The notes: a model not told the origin generated them from the letters alone. Counted from the first letter of the stretch, positions 25,941-43,855 are shown. The stretch is 64,000 nt of DNA from the human T2T-CHM13v2.0 reference genome, Homo sapiens (GCF_009914755.1 NC_060929.1), one strand, 5' to 3'. Program-made: numbers and translations.

Positions 25941-27059
25941 ACAGAAATTTATTGGCCTTGAAGTTAGTATCCTAGCAAGGATCGTTGGTCCCAATTAGAA
26001 GAAAAATCTCATTGTCTCCTGTCAGTCTCTCGAGTTCTTAGTGTTCTCCTGATGGCATCTTGAGCAGTTAGTTGATCCTCACTTAGAAAGCTTGATCCGG
26101 AGCTCCTGCTGCTTGGAGCCTACCAGCAGCCTGAACCACACTGCGGCTGAGCTCCAGAGATATTTGCTTTCAAACACTTAACATTTGCTTTGTGTTACCC
26201 TTTTATTAGGAAGATTAAAATTGAAAGGGAAGCAAGTGAGGCAGGGTTTTCTTCTTTTCTTTCTGCAAGAACAGCTTGTTTCCATGACATTTATACAGTG
26301 AGCTTTTTCTAAATGACAAGCAGATTGTTAGATGTTATTTTCTATTTCTTTGCTTTGGGTCTTCACTTTGTGGGTGTAATGTAAGAGAGACAGCCTCACT
26401 AGGAGGGTGACTGTCAGGTATTCTGATTCCAGGGGGGGATTAGGTAGGGGTTTGTTGAATACTTTCTTTTAGGGTTGCTATAGCAGCAGCCTAACATATT
26501 CTGGCTAGAAGTTGTAAGATGTATCAGTGTTATTTTTTTTACATGGAGTAACATTTCTACAGATATAAGTGTCTGCTCTTTTTAGTTCTCATAGTGAAGA
26601 AAGCTGAATGCTCACAGAAGCCATCTATGGTGGCAGAAGGAAGTTGTGAGTACCAAGACTGAGATGAAATGGCTGAATTTAGGCTTGCATCAGGGCTTGT
26701 CATCTGCAGAAGAGAAGTCAGCCTCTGAGGGATCTAATCATAAATCTGCTTACCCAGGCTGCTGATCATGACGCTGTGACTAATGAAAGAAGAAAGCATC
26801 AGGCCCTCCAACACTGAACCCAGCCATGCTCCATCTAAAAAGTCAGTATCACCTCATAGCCGCTCACTTTGTACAGGATACAAATTGCTTTAACCCATAT
26901 TATCTCTCAAAAAGAACTCCAAGGAGACAGGCTTCATTCTGTATCAGAAGTCTTTCCTTTAACCAGGTCTCACCCTTTACCATGCTCTCTCGTCATACTC
27001 ATTGTTACTTTCTTGATTTAGGCCTCATGGGTGCCTACATGGATTTTTGCAACATGTCT

Positions 27060-27370
27060 CTGAGCTCTAGGCATCAAATCTTCTCTCCTTGCTCTCCCAA
27101 GGGTAATAAATTACCCTAAAAACCAAACCTTATTATGTCACTCCATCTAATAGAAGAACTCATTTCTTCCCTACTGCCTACAAGATAAACACCAAACTTG
27201 TAAGATCAATATAGAAAGCTCTTCACATTTAATTCCAAAAGTGCTCTCTCCTTTCGCTTCCCACTGACTCTGCTAGCTGCCTCTGCACTACACCCCCAAG
27301 CATCCTAGCCTGGATTTCTCTATCTTCCTCAAACACACTAAGCATGAAATTATCACTGTCAGAGGTTGAG
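27060..27370 (+). mobile_element. L2 fragment
   Basis: tattatgtcactcc...ttccctactgcctacaagataaacaccaaact motif. Confidence 0.55.
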
Positions 27371-27372
27371 AG

Positions 27373-29615
27373 GCAGAAAAGGCTCTTGATAAAATCCAAT
27401 ATCCACTCATGTTAAAAACTCTCAATAAACTAGGTATTGAAGGAACATACCTCAAAATAACAAGAGCCACCTATGACAAACCCACAGCCAACATCATACT
27501 GAATGGTCAAAAGCTGAAAGCATTCCCTTTGAAAACCAGCACAAGACAAAGATTCCCTCCCTCACCACTCCTATTCAACATAGTGTTTGAAGTTCTGGCC
27601 AAGGTAATCAGGCAAGAGGAAGAAATAAAGAGCATTCAAATAGGAAGAGAGGAAGTCAAACTATCCCTACTTGTAGATAACTTTCCTAGAAAACCTAGAA
27701 AACCCCATAGCCTCAACCCAAAAGCTTCTTAGGCTAATAAATAACTTCAGTAAAGTCTCAGCATATAAAATCAATGTAGAAAAATCAGTAGCATTCCTGT
27801 AAACCAATGATAGTCAAGATGAGAGCCAAATCACGAACAAACTCCCATTCACAATTGCCACAAAAAAGAAAAGAATAAAATGTTTAGGAACACAGCTAAC
27901 TAGGGAGGTGAAAGATCTCTCCAAGGATAATTACAAAACACTGTTCAAGTAAATCAGACATGGCACAAACAAATGGAAAAACATTCCATGCTCATGGATA
28001 AGAAGAATCAATATAATTAAAATAGCCATACGGCCCAAAGCAATTTATAGATTCAATGTCATTCCTATTAAACTACCACTGACATTTCTTAAAGGACTAG
28101 AGAAAAGTATTTTAAAATTCATGAGGAACCAAAAATGGGCCCCAATAGCCAAGGCAATCCTAAGAAAAAAGAACAAAGCTGGAGGCATCATGCTACCTGA
28201 CTTCAAAATATACTATAGGGCTATATTAACCAAAACAGCATGGTACTGGTACAAAAGCAGACACAGAGAGTAATGGAACAGAATAGAGAACCCAGAAACA
28301 AGACTGTATACCTACAACCATCAGATTTCTGACAAACCAGATGAAAACAAGCAATGGTGAAATAATTCCCTATTTATGATTATTCATAATAATAAATGGT
28401 GCTGGAATAACTGATTATAGGCAAAAGATTGAAACTGGACACCTTCCTTATACCATATACAAAAATTAACTCAAGAGGGATTAAAGACTTAAATGTAAAA
28501 CCCCAAACTATAAAAACCCTGGAAGAACAACCTAGGCAATACCATCCTGGACAGAGGAACAGGAAAAGATTTAATGATTAAGACACCAAAAGCAATTGCA
28601 ACAAAAGCAAAAAGTGACAAATGGGATATAATTAAGGTAAAGAGCTTCTGCAAAGCAAAAGAAAGTATCAACAGAGTGAACAGACAACCTACAGAATGGG
28701 TGAAAATTTTTGCAAATTACGCATCTAACAAAGATCTAATATCCAGTATCTATAAGGAACTTAAACAAATTTACAAGAAAAAAAAGAAAACTAACCCAAT
28801 TTGGGCAAAGGACATGAACAGACACTTTTCAAAAGAAGACTCACATGTGACCAACAATCATCTGAAAAAAAAGCCAACATCACTGATCATTAAAGAAATG
28901 CAAATCAAACCACAATGAGATACGCCAGTCAGAATGGCTATTATTAAAAATCCAAAAAAATAACAGATGCCAGTGAGGTTGTGGAGAAAAAGGAACACTT
29001 ACACACTGTCAGTGGGTGTGTAAATTAGTTCAACAATTGTGAAAGACAGTGTGGCTGTTCCTCAAAGAGCTATAAACAGAAATAACCATTCAGCCCAGCA
29101 ATCCCATTACTGGATATATACGCAAAGGAACAAAAATTGTGCTATCATAAAGACACATGCACACATAAATTCACTGCAGCACTATTCACAATAACAAAGA
29201 CATGGAATCAACCTAAATGCCCATCAATAGTAGACTGGATAAAGAAAATGTGGTACATATACACTATAGAATACTATGCAGCCATAAAAAAGAATGAGAT
29301 CATGTCCTATGCAAGAATGGAGCCATTATGCTTAGCAAATTAAAGTAGGAACAGAAAACCAAATACTGCATGTTCTCACTTATAAGTGGGAGCTAAATAA
29401 TGAGAACACATGGATGCATAGAGAGGAACAACACACACTGGGGCCTTTTTGAGGGTGCAGGATGGGAGGAGGGAGAGGATCAGGACAGATAACTAATGAG
29501 TACTAGGCTTAATACCTGGGTGATGAAATAAATTGTACAAACAAATCCCCATGGTACAAGTTTACCTATACAGCAAACCTGTACATGTATCACTGAACTT
29601 AAAAGTCAAGAAAAA
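27373..29615 (+). mobile_element. 5'-truncated L1PA13-16-like LINE (RT domain to 3'UTR)
   Basis: ORF fragments [12 protein letters not shown]..., TWNQPKCPS; 3'UTR gggagaggatcaggacagataactaatg. Confidence 0.92.
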
Positions 29616-31317
29616 GACAGTAGAATCTTATTTTACCTCAAAATATTTGTTTGTTTGATCAGAATAGTTTTAAATAATTTAAATAGCTTTAAACAGGCAC
29701 ATGTTCTCCAACTTGCCACAGGGCCCTTTAATATTCCTCCTACCCCCTTTCACTTTGCATATTTATATCACTTGTCTACCCCTAAAGGCATTTGAATTTA
29801 TGCTTCTTGAACAAAAACTACACTTCCTTTCTGGTAATAACATCTGCATCTTGTGTTATCTAGAACAAATATCACTACTAATTCAAAACACATTATGGTT
29901 TACCCAGAAAGAGTGTTGCTCCATTTTCTCTCCCACAATCTGTTCTTTCATCTACAATAACATTAATGAGACACTGATAATTATGTTTATAATATGTCTC
30001 TTTACCCAATCATATTGCCGGATTCCTCAGGAGAAGTCAGTCTACAAATTTCTATAAGCATACTGTCTATCAGGGAGCTGAGCTGGGTAAAAATTTGTTG
30101 CAAAAATGATCACTGTTTTACAGGTGACAAAGCAGTTTCGAGTTGGTTAAGCATATTCAATGGCATAGATTTTGTAAGAAGCAACACCACAAGTTGAGTC
30201 CTGGTGTTGTAAGACCAGTATTTTCACAGATCCCCACACTACCAGGGTTTCAGAAGCAAAAGGCCCATCATTCCTTTGTTCCAGTAACCTTATTCACTGC
30301 ATGTAGCTGAGTCCTTGTATCACAGAGCTACTGGAGCTGAACATCAGTTAACTCCACGTGACCTTTGTGGTGGAGACAACAGCAATGAAATATAAACATA
30401 CTCTCCCTCACCTTCTAAGTAGGATCGTGTAAACAATTTGGCCTGGGTTCATTGTTGTACTTCCAAGGGCAATGGAGAGAAATGAAGAGGCAAGCCCCAA
30501 GAATGGGTAGATGGTTCTAAGAAAAGAACTAGGGGCATCTGGAGAAGAAAATATTCGGGCGTGAAGAAATAAAAGGTTGGGAGGGGAAAAGGGGAAACAG
30601 AATCCACTGTGTCACATGGGACTTGGTGAGGAGCATGGCTCAAGAGAATTTTTAAGAAATTTTGCTGTATGTGGAGCTGTTTAATTTTCTGCCTCATTCT
30701 TCCCCTGGAGAAGACCTTCTTGTAGAAAACTCCATGAATCTTCCAAGCCGTGGGAGTCAGGTCTGTGTTTGTTTATGTTGTATTCATGTATTGCAGTGTT
30801 ATGTTATGTAAAGGAACAGCAGAAAGGCTCAGGATCATTTGGTAGCATATTTACTTATTTTCATTTTCAATCAAACTTAAGAATTATTGTATCATATTAA
30901 AGCAGAGGCCCAGAGAAACCACTTGATTTGTTAAGTTGCTTTCAAACCAGAGAAGTCACACTTTTTTTTTCAGGGGTTAAACTAGAGCCCCATGAAAATA
31001 AAGAGAAAGGAGTAAGATCCTCCAAGATGTAAGAAATACATTATAAACAAGGTGATTTAAAGAAAAAAGTCTTTGAGTGGAAGCTGAAAATTTCAGCCAT
31101 GAAGAAGTTGCTCTTCTGTATTGTGGAATTTATAACCCATATTTCATCATCGCCTTACATCCATTCCCCTCAATCAAAAGGAAAAGCAAAATATGCAGAT
31201 AATAAAACTCTTCACTGATACACTGAACTATTTGTTCTACCAGCTTTCTCCAGTCCATCCATTTTTGAATCAAGTTAAGCTCATAGCAGAGACATATTGA
31301 TACCAATGTTTTTTTAA

Positions 31318-31640
<323 letters not shown>

Positions 31641-31964
31641 TAATTTTCTTCTTTTAAACATTAGAGACCATAGCATGGCTGTGTAAAGAAGAAATATTTT
31701 CCCACTGTAACTGAAACAATGTGTTCAAAGAGGTAAGGAGAAATACTCTAAGGAAGACAAGTACCCTCTGAAAGGTAGGAAATGACCAAACATTTGAATC
31801 AGTCATGAACTAGTTGAAGGTATATTATGGTATGTATACATTTAAGGATAGTGGTCTAAAGTATTCAGCAGTGTGTTCATTGTTATCTGTGTCTGACTTC
31901 CTCCATCTCTGCCATCAACTGTGTGACTGCTCAGGGCATTCAATCTTTTTGAGTCCCTAACTTT

Positions 31965-33225
31965 GCCAATATACTATGTTCATGCCTTGGAAGAGTCAAT
32001 ATTGTGTTGAGATATTAATTCTTTCTAAATTGTACTATAGATGTAATGCTATCCTATTAAAATCCCAGCAAATATTTCTATAGAAATTGACCCGTTGATT
32101 AAAAAATGTGAATGGAAATGCAAAGGACCTAGTATAACCAAAATGACCTTGAAAACAAAGAACAGAGCTAGAGGAATCAAACTACCTGATTTCAAGGATT
32201 AATTGTAATTGGGATATTGGCATAATTATATATTAAACAAAGAACAGAACATAGCTTACAAATATATATCAATAAAATATATAAATACTCAGTGAGAACA
32301 TTTATACTGTATATGTGTACATGTACATCCATGAACATGCACCATGATAAATAAGAAAAGAATAATTTCTCAAAAACTGGGGCTGAACAATATCTATATT
32401 TAAAAAGTAAAACTGACCCTTCCCTAATGCCATATATAATAATTAACTAGATATTGATTATATGCCAAAACATAAGAAATAGAACTTCATAGTTCTATTT
32501 CTAGAAGAAAATATAGTGTAAAATCTTTCTGACCTTGTGGTAGGCAAAGATTTCACAGACAGGACATGAAAGGCTTGAATCACACAATTAAAAAATTGAT
32601 AGAGTGGGTTTTATCAGTTTCTGGCACTCCAAAGACACTATTAATAAAATGAAAAGACAAGTCACAGATTAGGTGGGATTATATCATATATACATATACA
32701 TTATATATAATACTAAATAAAATATATAAAGTAATAGAATTATTTTGAAAAACATATTGATATTAAAACATTAGACATGGACTTATCAAATAACCCAGAA
32801 GTTCCATTGTTAAATGTTTACCCAAGAAAGGTGAAAGCAATACATTGATATTTGGTATATTAACAACACATTACTTAGCAAGAAAAAGAAATGAACTATA
32901 CACATGTGGATGAATCTAAAAATTATTAGGCTTAGCAATAGAAGCCAGCCACAAGAGAGTTCATATTGTAACTCCATTTATATAAGGCAAAATTAATCCA
33001 TAGTGATAAAATTAAACAGTGGCTGCCTGGGGCGAGGGGAAAGGAGAGGAACTGGCTGCAAAGGGGTAAGAAAGAAACTTCTTGGGTGACAGAAATTTTC
33101 TATGTTTTGATTGAGATGGTGGTTACATGGGTATATTTATGTGTCAACTTATAGAACTATACACTTAAAATTGGTGTATTTTACTGCATACAAATTTGAA
33201 TTTATTAAATTTTATGTTTAAAAAT
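31965..33225 (+). mobile_element. Ancient L1ME/L1MB-like 3' fragment
   Basis: ggaaatgcaaaggacctagtataaccaaaa, actacctgatttcaag, and 3' end actatacacttaaaattggtgtattttactgca. Confidence 0.75.
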
Positions 33226-33723
33226 GTAGCCACACTGAATTTCAATCCAGTGAAACACAGGAAATAAACTTACCACTCCTAGCCTTTCAGTCTTAAAAGT
33301 GAGTGGACTGTGTCTTACACATCCTTGAATTCACTGTTAGTACCACTCAATGGATATTTGAGCCAGACTCATTCTTAAAGGTATTTCAGAGCAGCTGCCC
33401 TTTACTTTTATGGTGTTAAATGATGCTGGAGGGACTAGGGTACTAGTTTTTAGTTTTCCTAAATGCCATGGAGATTTGTAGGTCAAAGATGTTTTTTTTC
33501 TTTTCTTTTTAATATATATATCTTTTTATTATACTTTAAGTTCTAGGGTACATGTGCACAACATGCAGGTTAGTTACATATGTATACATGCACCATGTTG
33601 GTGTGCTGCACCCATTAACTCGTCATTTACAATGGATATGTCTCCTAATGCTATCCCTCCCCCCACCCCCAACAGGCCCTGGTGTGTGATGTTCCCCACC
33701 CTGTGTCCAAGTATTCTCATTGT

Positions 33724-37550
<3,827 letters not shown>

Positions 37551-37613
37551 TATGATGTTAACTGGTTATTTTGCTTGTTAGTTGATGCAGTTTCTTCCTA
37601 GCATCAATGGTCT

Positions 37614-38631
37614 TTACAATTTGGAATGTTTTTGCAGTGGCTAGTACCAATTGTTCCTTTCCATGTTGAGTGCTTCCTTCAGGAGCTCTTGTAGGGAAGG
37701 CCTGGTGGTGACAAAATCTCTCAGCATTTGTTTGTCTGTAAAGTATTTTATTTCTTCTTCATTTATGAAGCTTAGTTTGGCTGGGTATGAAATTCTGGGT
37801 TGAAAATTATTTTCTTTAAGAATGTTAAATATTGGTCCCCACTGTCTTCTTGCTTATAGAGTTTCTGCAGAGAGATCAGCTGTTAGTCTGATGGGCTTCC
37901 CTTTGTTGGTATCCCGACCTTTCTCTCTGGCTGCACTTAACATTTTTTCCTTCATTTCAACTTTGGTGAATCTGACAATCATGTGTCTCGGAGTTGGTCT
38001 TCTCAAGGAGTATCTTTGTGGTGTTCTCTGTATTTCCTGAATTTGAATGTTGGCCTGTCTTGCTAGGCTGGGGATGTTCTCCTGAACAATATCCTGAAGA
38101 ATGTTTTCCAACTTGGTTCCATTCTCCCTGTCACTTTCAGGTACACCAATCAGATGTAGATTTGGTCTTTTCCCATAGTCCCATATTTCTTGGAGGCTTT
38201 GTTCCTTGATTTTTATTCTTTTTTCTCTAAACTTCTCTTCTTGCTTCATTTCATTGATTTTATCTTCAATCACTGATACCCCTTCTTCCAGTTGATCGAA
38301 TTGATTACTGAAGCATGTGCATTTGTCACATAGTTCTCGTGCCATGGTTTTCAGCTCCATCAGGTCCTTTAAGGACTTCTCTGCATTGGTTATTCTAGTT
38401 AGCCATTTGTCTAGTCTTTTTTCAAGGTTTTTAACTTCTTTGTGATGGGTTTGAACTTCCTCCTTTAGCTTGGAGAAGTTTGATTATCTGAAGCCTTCTT
38501 CTCTCAACTTGTCAAAGTCATTCTCTATCCAGCTTTGTTCCATTGCAGGTGAGGAGCTGCATTCCTTTGGAAGAGAAGAGGTGCTCTGATTTTTAGAATT
38601 TTCAGTTTTTCTGTTCTTTTATTCCCCCCAT
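37614..38631 (-). pseudogene. Disrupted L1 ORF1
   Basis: Fragment 37854-38360 (RPNLHLIGVPE, GKPIRLTADLSAETL); frameshift just after the ATG at 38631. Confidence 0.9.
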
Positions 38632-39203
38632 CTTTGTGGTTTTATCTACCTTTGGTCTTTGATGATGGTGACATACAGATGGGGTTTTGGTGTGGATGTC
38701 CTTTCTGTTTGTTAGTTTTCCTTTTAACAGTCAGGACCCTCAGCTGCAGGTCTGTTGGAGTTTGCTGGAGGTCCACTCCAGACGCTGTTTGCCTGGGTAT
38801 CAGCAGCGGAGGCTGGAGAACAGTGAATATTGCTGAACAGTAAATGTTGCTGTCCAATCGTTCCTCTGGAGGTTTCGTCTCAGAAGGGTACCTGGCCGTG
38901 TGAGGTGTGAGTCTGCCCCTACTGGGGGTGCCTCCCAGATAGGCTACTCAGGGGTCAGGGACCCACTTGAGGAGGCAGTCTGTCCATTCTCAGATCTCAA
39001 ACTGTGCTGGGAGAACCACTACTCTCTTCAAAGCTGTCAGACAGGGACATTTAAGTCTGCAGAGGTTTCTGCTGCCTTTTCTTTGGCTATGTCCTGCCCC
39101 CAGAGGTGTAGTCTACAGAGGCAGGCAGGCCTTCTTGAGCTGCAGTGGGCTCCACCCAGTTCGAGCTTCCCAGCCACTTTGTTTACCTACTCAAGCCTCA
39201 GCA

Positions 39204-39323
39204 ATGGCAGGCGCCCCTCCTCCAGCCTCGCTGCCACCTTGCAGTTCGATCTCAGACTGCTGTGCTAGCAATGAGCAAGGCTCAGTGGGAAGGGGACCCT
39301 CTGAGGCCAGCTGTGGGATATAA
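39204..39323 (+). pseudogene. L1 antisense ORF0 homologue, frameshift-truncated (39 aa)
   Basis: MAGAPPPASLPPCSSISDCCASN matches the known ORF0 N-terminus; the ORF0 C-terminal part (IRVGVIRFSR) lies in another frame. Confidence 0.8.
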
Positions 39324-40649
39324 TCTCCTGGTGTGCCGTTTGCTAAGACAATTGGAAAAGCTCAGTATTAGGGTGGGAGTGATCCGATTTTCCAGGTGCT
39401 GTCTGTCACTGCTTTGCTTGGCTATGAAAGGGAATTCCCTGATCCCTTGCATTTCCTGGGTGAGGCGATGCCTCGCCCTGCTTTGGCTCATGCTCACTGT
39501 GCTGCACCCACTGTCCTGCACCCACTGTCTGGCAAGCCCCAGTGAGATGAATCTGGTACCTCAGTTGGAAATGCAGAAATCACCTGTTCTGCATCACTCA
39601 CACTGGGAGCTGTAGACTGGAGCTGTTCCTATTTGGCCATCTTGGAACCGCCTCAGATGTTTTTTTTCATCGTATGTTATGCACATTCTCTGATGGAGTC
39701 TCCAGGCTAGACTGTTCTGTTTGAGGTAAACTAACACCATCATGAGTCTACTGCAATTCTTGGAGAAGCTATTTTCACTAGAAGCATCAGTGGAGGTTTT
39801 ACCTTTTATGCTATGTACTTTTTACCCTTAAGCATAAAGGAAAATGTCACTTTTATTCAGAAAATATCCTTTGCAATTTCACAGACTCTGATTATTAAAT
39901 TCACATTTGCTATCTATATATTCCATCATTGTATTTTTTAGCAAGAGTGAAGAGCCTTAGAAGTGTTTCATTATTTTTGTTACCTTCACATAACTAGCAA
40001 TTTAGGATACTTTGCCACCCAAACAAACTGACAGCTACTGGCATTGTGGACTTGATTTAAGAAATGTTGTACTTGATGTAGTTAAAAATTTTCCAAACAA
40101 GTTATTTTTGGTGAATGGCCATTCTAATGTTGTGATTAACTATTCAAGCTATCAGCTTCTTTATTGCTATAGTCCACCTGGAGAAAAAAAAAATCTCTTC
40201 ACTTATCCCTAGAGAAAAGTAACTGACTTGCTAATTTTTATGTAAGGCAGTAAGATGTACCCTATAAATATATATACCTACTATGTAGGTACAAAATTTA
40301 AAAAATTACAAAAAGAAAGAAAATATTGACAAAAGTTAACAACTTTTTATTGGGAACCCCTTCTATGTCTGACATTCTACTGGATGTCAGATCAAAAAAT
40401 GGGTAAGACATGGCCCCATATGTAGAAACTAGATCTGGGTCTCTGCAGCGTTTAGGTAAAATATGTTTGGATAATGTTGGATATACCCACATCAGTTGAA
40501 GTCTGTATAGAAATCTTAAAATTAGATTAATTCTATAATTACTCCAATTTTCTATTCAGGCTATCACAATGATATTGATCTGATATACAAATAACTGAAC
40601 TGGGAATGAGATAATCCAAATAGTAGTTTGTATCACTTACTTGTCACAT

Positions 40650-40790
40650 CACATACCTATCTCCAAAGCTAGAATGTAAGGTCCTTCATGGCGGAAACTG
40701 CATCATTTATTTCTATATGCACAGCCTTTAACAAAGTTTCTGGCAAGCAGATAGCATTAAACTAACATTGCTGAATCAATGACTGCTAGA
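40650..40790 (+). mobile_element. L2 3' end
   Basis: ctagaatgtaaggtccttcatggc...ttgctgaatcaatga tail. Confidence 0.65.
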
Positions 40791-40821
40791 TTTTAATTCT
40801 AATCTAAAAAGTTATATATTG

Positions 40822-40970
40822 TAGTTCTTAATCTTTTCTAATTCATGGACTCCTTTGAGAACTGGAAGAAAACCGTATCTTTACCAGAGACAAATGCACA
40901 GAACATAGTATTATACAGGTTATTTTAGGGGGTACCCTGAATTCCATCTTTGATCTATATGCTTAGAATT
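40822..40970. mobile_element. MER103C-like hAT fragment
   Basis: agttcttaatctttt...catggactcctttgagaact motif. Confidence 0.45.
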
Positions 40971-41129
40971 TTATACAGAAATTTTAAAATTTGGTATTTT
41001 CCTGTCTCAGAACTAACAATCTATTTAACTTTCTAGTTTATGTATTCATAGTTACCCTTAACCTGTTAAATCTTCAAAAATTTATTTTGCAATAAAAAAT
41101 GCTCTTGAAGACTACTATCCAAATTACAC

Positions 41130-41275
41130 TAGTTCCATTGCCAGTTCTGCTACTAGCCACCTGTATGACTTTCGATACGTCCCATAAGTAATCTGGGCTT
41201 TAGTTCTAGACCTGTAAATTTAGGAATTTGAGCTAAAATGATTTCTAATGCTCCTTATGGCTCTGATATTCTCAG
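41130..41275 (+). mobile_element. MIR3-like SINE fragment
   Basis: ccagttctgctactagcc...tctgggctttagtt...ctgtaaa...ctctgatattct. Confidence 0.55.
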
Positions 41276-42281
41276 TTCCAAAGCACTGGAGTTCCTCCGA
41301 TGAAGAAAGGAATATGTGTAATGTAAATAATGACTTTACAATCTGCCATGAGGGGGAGGCATGAAGCATCAGATTTAATGATTTAAAAATGACTTAAATA
41401 AACTCTTTGCAGATATCTGCAGGAATCTAAGCATCAGATCTACAGCTTAGACATATACCAATTTTGAGGGCCACCTAGATTTTCAGTTCTTAAGGAAGAA
41501 AATGGTCTTTCTCCCCATTGACTACTGGCTTTTAACATAATCTAAATATTCAGAATATCCCATCACCCAAAATTACTTCTGATATCCAAGTGTACAATAA
41601 ATTAGCTGTTCCTAGGCATGAACAGTTGAGCCAAGCTTTTGACATTCACAGCAAAAGAGAATTATGAATTTGAGTTTGGAGCAAGGCATGCAACAGAGAG
41701 AGGGAGACACCTTTCCAAAAAGGGAGACTAGAAATCTACCCTGTTTTAGAGTTTCTATAAAATAAAACTTGGGCAAGAAAAGACACCAGAACCAAGAATG
41801 ATATATTCTTTCTGTGAGACTATATTCTCTTCTTGACCTCAGATATAATATGCTATGACATCAGTGCATGCAGGGCAGTATTCTGTTAGATTCATCTTTT
41901 AAAAATGCCTCTTAAATAATTTCATTCCCTGCTCCAAAATCCCAAGTACTTTACCACTCACCAAAAGAATAAAGTCTAAGCTTCTGTCTGTGAACATAAG
42001 GCCAACCAACCATCTGATCTCAATGGACATTAATTTTTCCTGTTATCCCCATACTGAGTGACCTATTTTAGACAAGTTAGTCATCCATGTCCTGCCAACA
42101 TATCCAAACTTGACTTCTTCCATGTCATGCTCAGATCACTGTCCTTTCCAGCAATATCCTATTAAACAAAGAGTTCCAGTTCCAGTAATGGGAGACAAGG
42201 AATTATCATCAACGTTCTTGATGAAAATATAGCTAGATAAAAGTTTAAGGGAACATCCATTCGAAGGTATCACTGAGCTTA

Positions 42282-42794
42282 AGTTGGGAACAGGCCCCCC
42301 AGAATCTGGCCATAAACTGGCCCCAAAACTGGCCATAAACAAAATCTCTGCAGCACTGTGACATGCTCATGATGGTCATGATGCCCAGGCTGGAAGGTTG
42401 TGGGTTTACCAGAATGAGGGCAAGGAACAGCTGGCCCGCCCAGGGCAGAAAACCACTTAAAGGTGTTCTTAAACCACGAACAATAGCATGAGTGATCTGT
42501 GCCTTAAGTACGTGCTCCTACTGCAGATAACTAGCCAAATCCATCCCTTTATTTCATCCCATCCCTTTGTTTCCCATAAGGAATACTTTTAGTTAATCTA
42601 TAATCTGTAGAAACAATGCTTATCACCAGCTTGCTGCTAATAAATATGTGGGTAAATCTCTGTTTGAGGCTGTCAGCTCTGAAGGTTGTGAGATCCCTGA
42701 TTTCCCACTTCACACCTCTATATTTCTGTGTGTATGTCTATAATTCCTCTAGCACCACTGGATTAGGGTCTCCCTGACCGAGCTGGTCTTGGCA
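42282..42794 (+). mobile_element. MER9 solo LTR (HERV-K HML-3)
   Basis: (a)gttgggaacaggcccccc...ggccataaactggccccaaaactggccataaac...agctggtcttggca; flanking repeat GCTTA (42277-42281, 42795-42799). Confidence 0.9.
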
Positions 42795-43004
42795 GCTTAT
42801 AAAGAAAGAGTGAAGAATTACAGGCCAATATCTGGGAGACAAAGAAAAACCAGATAACTGAGCTTGCTTTTACCCAGGTTATCTACCAGTTCTGCAAGTG
42901 CCTGCTTAGACACTGAGAAGCTGTTCAGAGCTCTTGACAGTCAAAGCAAAAGAGAAATATGAATGTGATTTCAGAGCAACAAAGGAAGAAGAGGGAGACT
43001 TACC

Positions 43005-43077
43005 AAAAGGGGTGGACTAGAAATCAACCCTGAAATCAACCACCTTGCAAAAAGGGGTGGACTAGAAATCAACCCTG
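43005..43077. repeat. Perfect 28-bp direct repeat, period 45
   Basis: aaaaggggtggactagaaatcaaccctg at 43005-43032 and 43050-43077. Confidence 0.95.
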
Positions 43078-43855
43078 TTTACGAGCCTAAAGCCCAGGCA
43101 TATCAATTCCAATCCTAATTGGGTAAGATGATCTGATGACTGTGAGAAATAAAAATGAATCTTCTGCAAAGGATAAGACAGAAAACAAAATTTTATGCTC
43201 ACGTCATCTCTAAGTCTTTCATATACTGTACCCTGAACCCAATTTAAAAAATTACCAGCTACTGAGGAGAACATTTTATAAAGCCAAGAAAAACAACATA
43301 CGATAGAAATAAACCCATAAGAGACCTTCATAATAGACTCATAAGACATAGATTTTAAGTTAACTACATAAGTTCAAAAAATAGATTGGGATTTTCTCCA
43401 AAAATAGGAAAGGAGAACTCATTAAAATCCTAAAAATGAAAAATAAAATAACTGATATTAAAGAGATAAAATTAAAAGCAGATTAGACAGAGCAAAAGGG
43501 CAATTTAATGAATTTCAAGAAAGGTCAGAGAAAATATCAATAATGAAGGATCAATATTTAAAAAGGCCAAAAGCACAGAAAAAGATATAACAGACAAAAG
43601 GAACAGGAGGGAAAGGAGTGTAAGAAGAATGCAGTGGGAAAAAAATGTAACATATCTGTAATTACAACCCCAGGAAAAAAGAGATACAAGAAAATGTAAT
43701 GGAAGCAGTATTTTAAAATTTAATGGCTGAGAATTCTACAAAACTGAGGAAATACATCACTACAATTTTTAAGAAAGTATGAACTCTAAACATGATTAAT
43801 GCAATGAAAACCCACTAAAACACATAAAGTTGTCAAAATAAAAAACTAAGTGATT

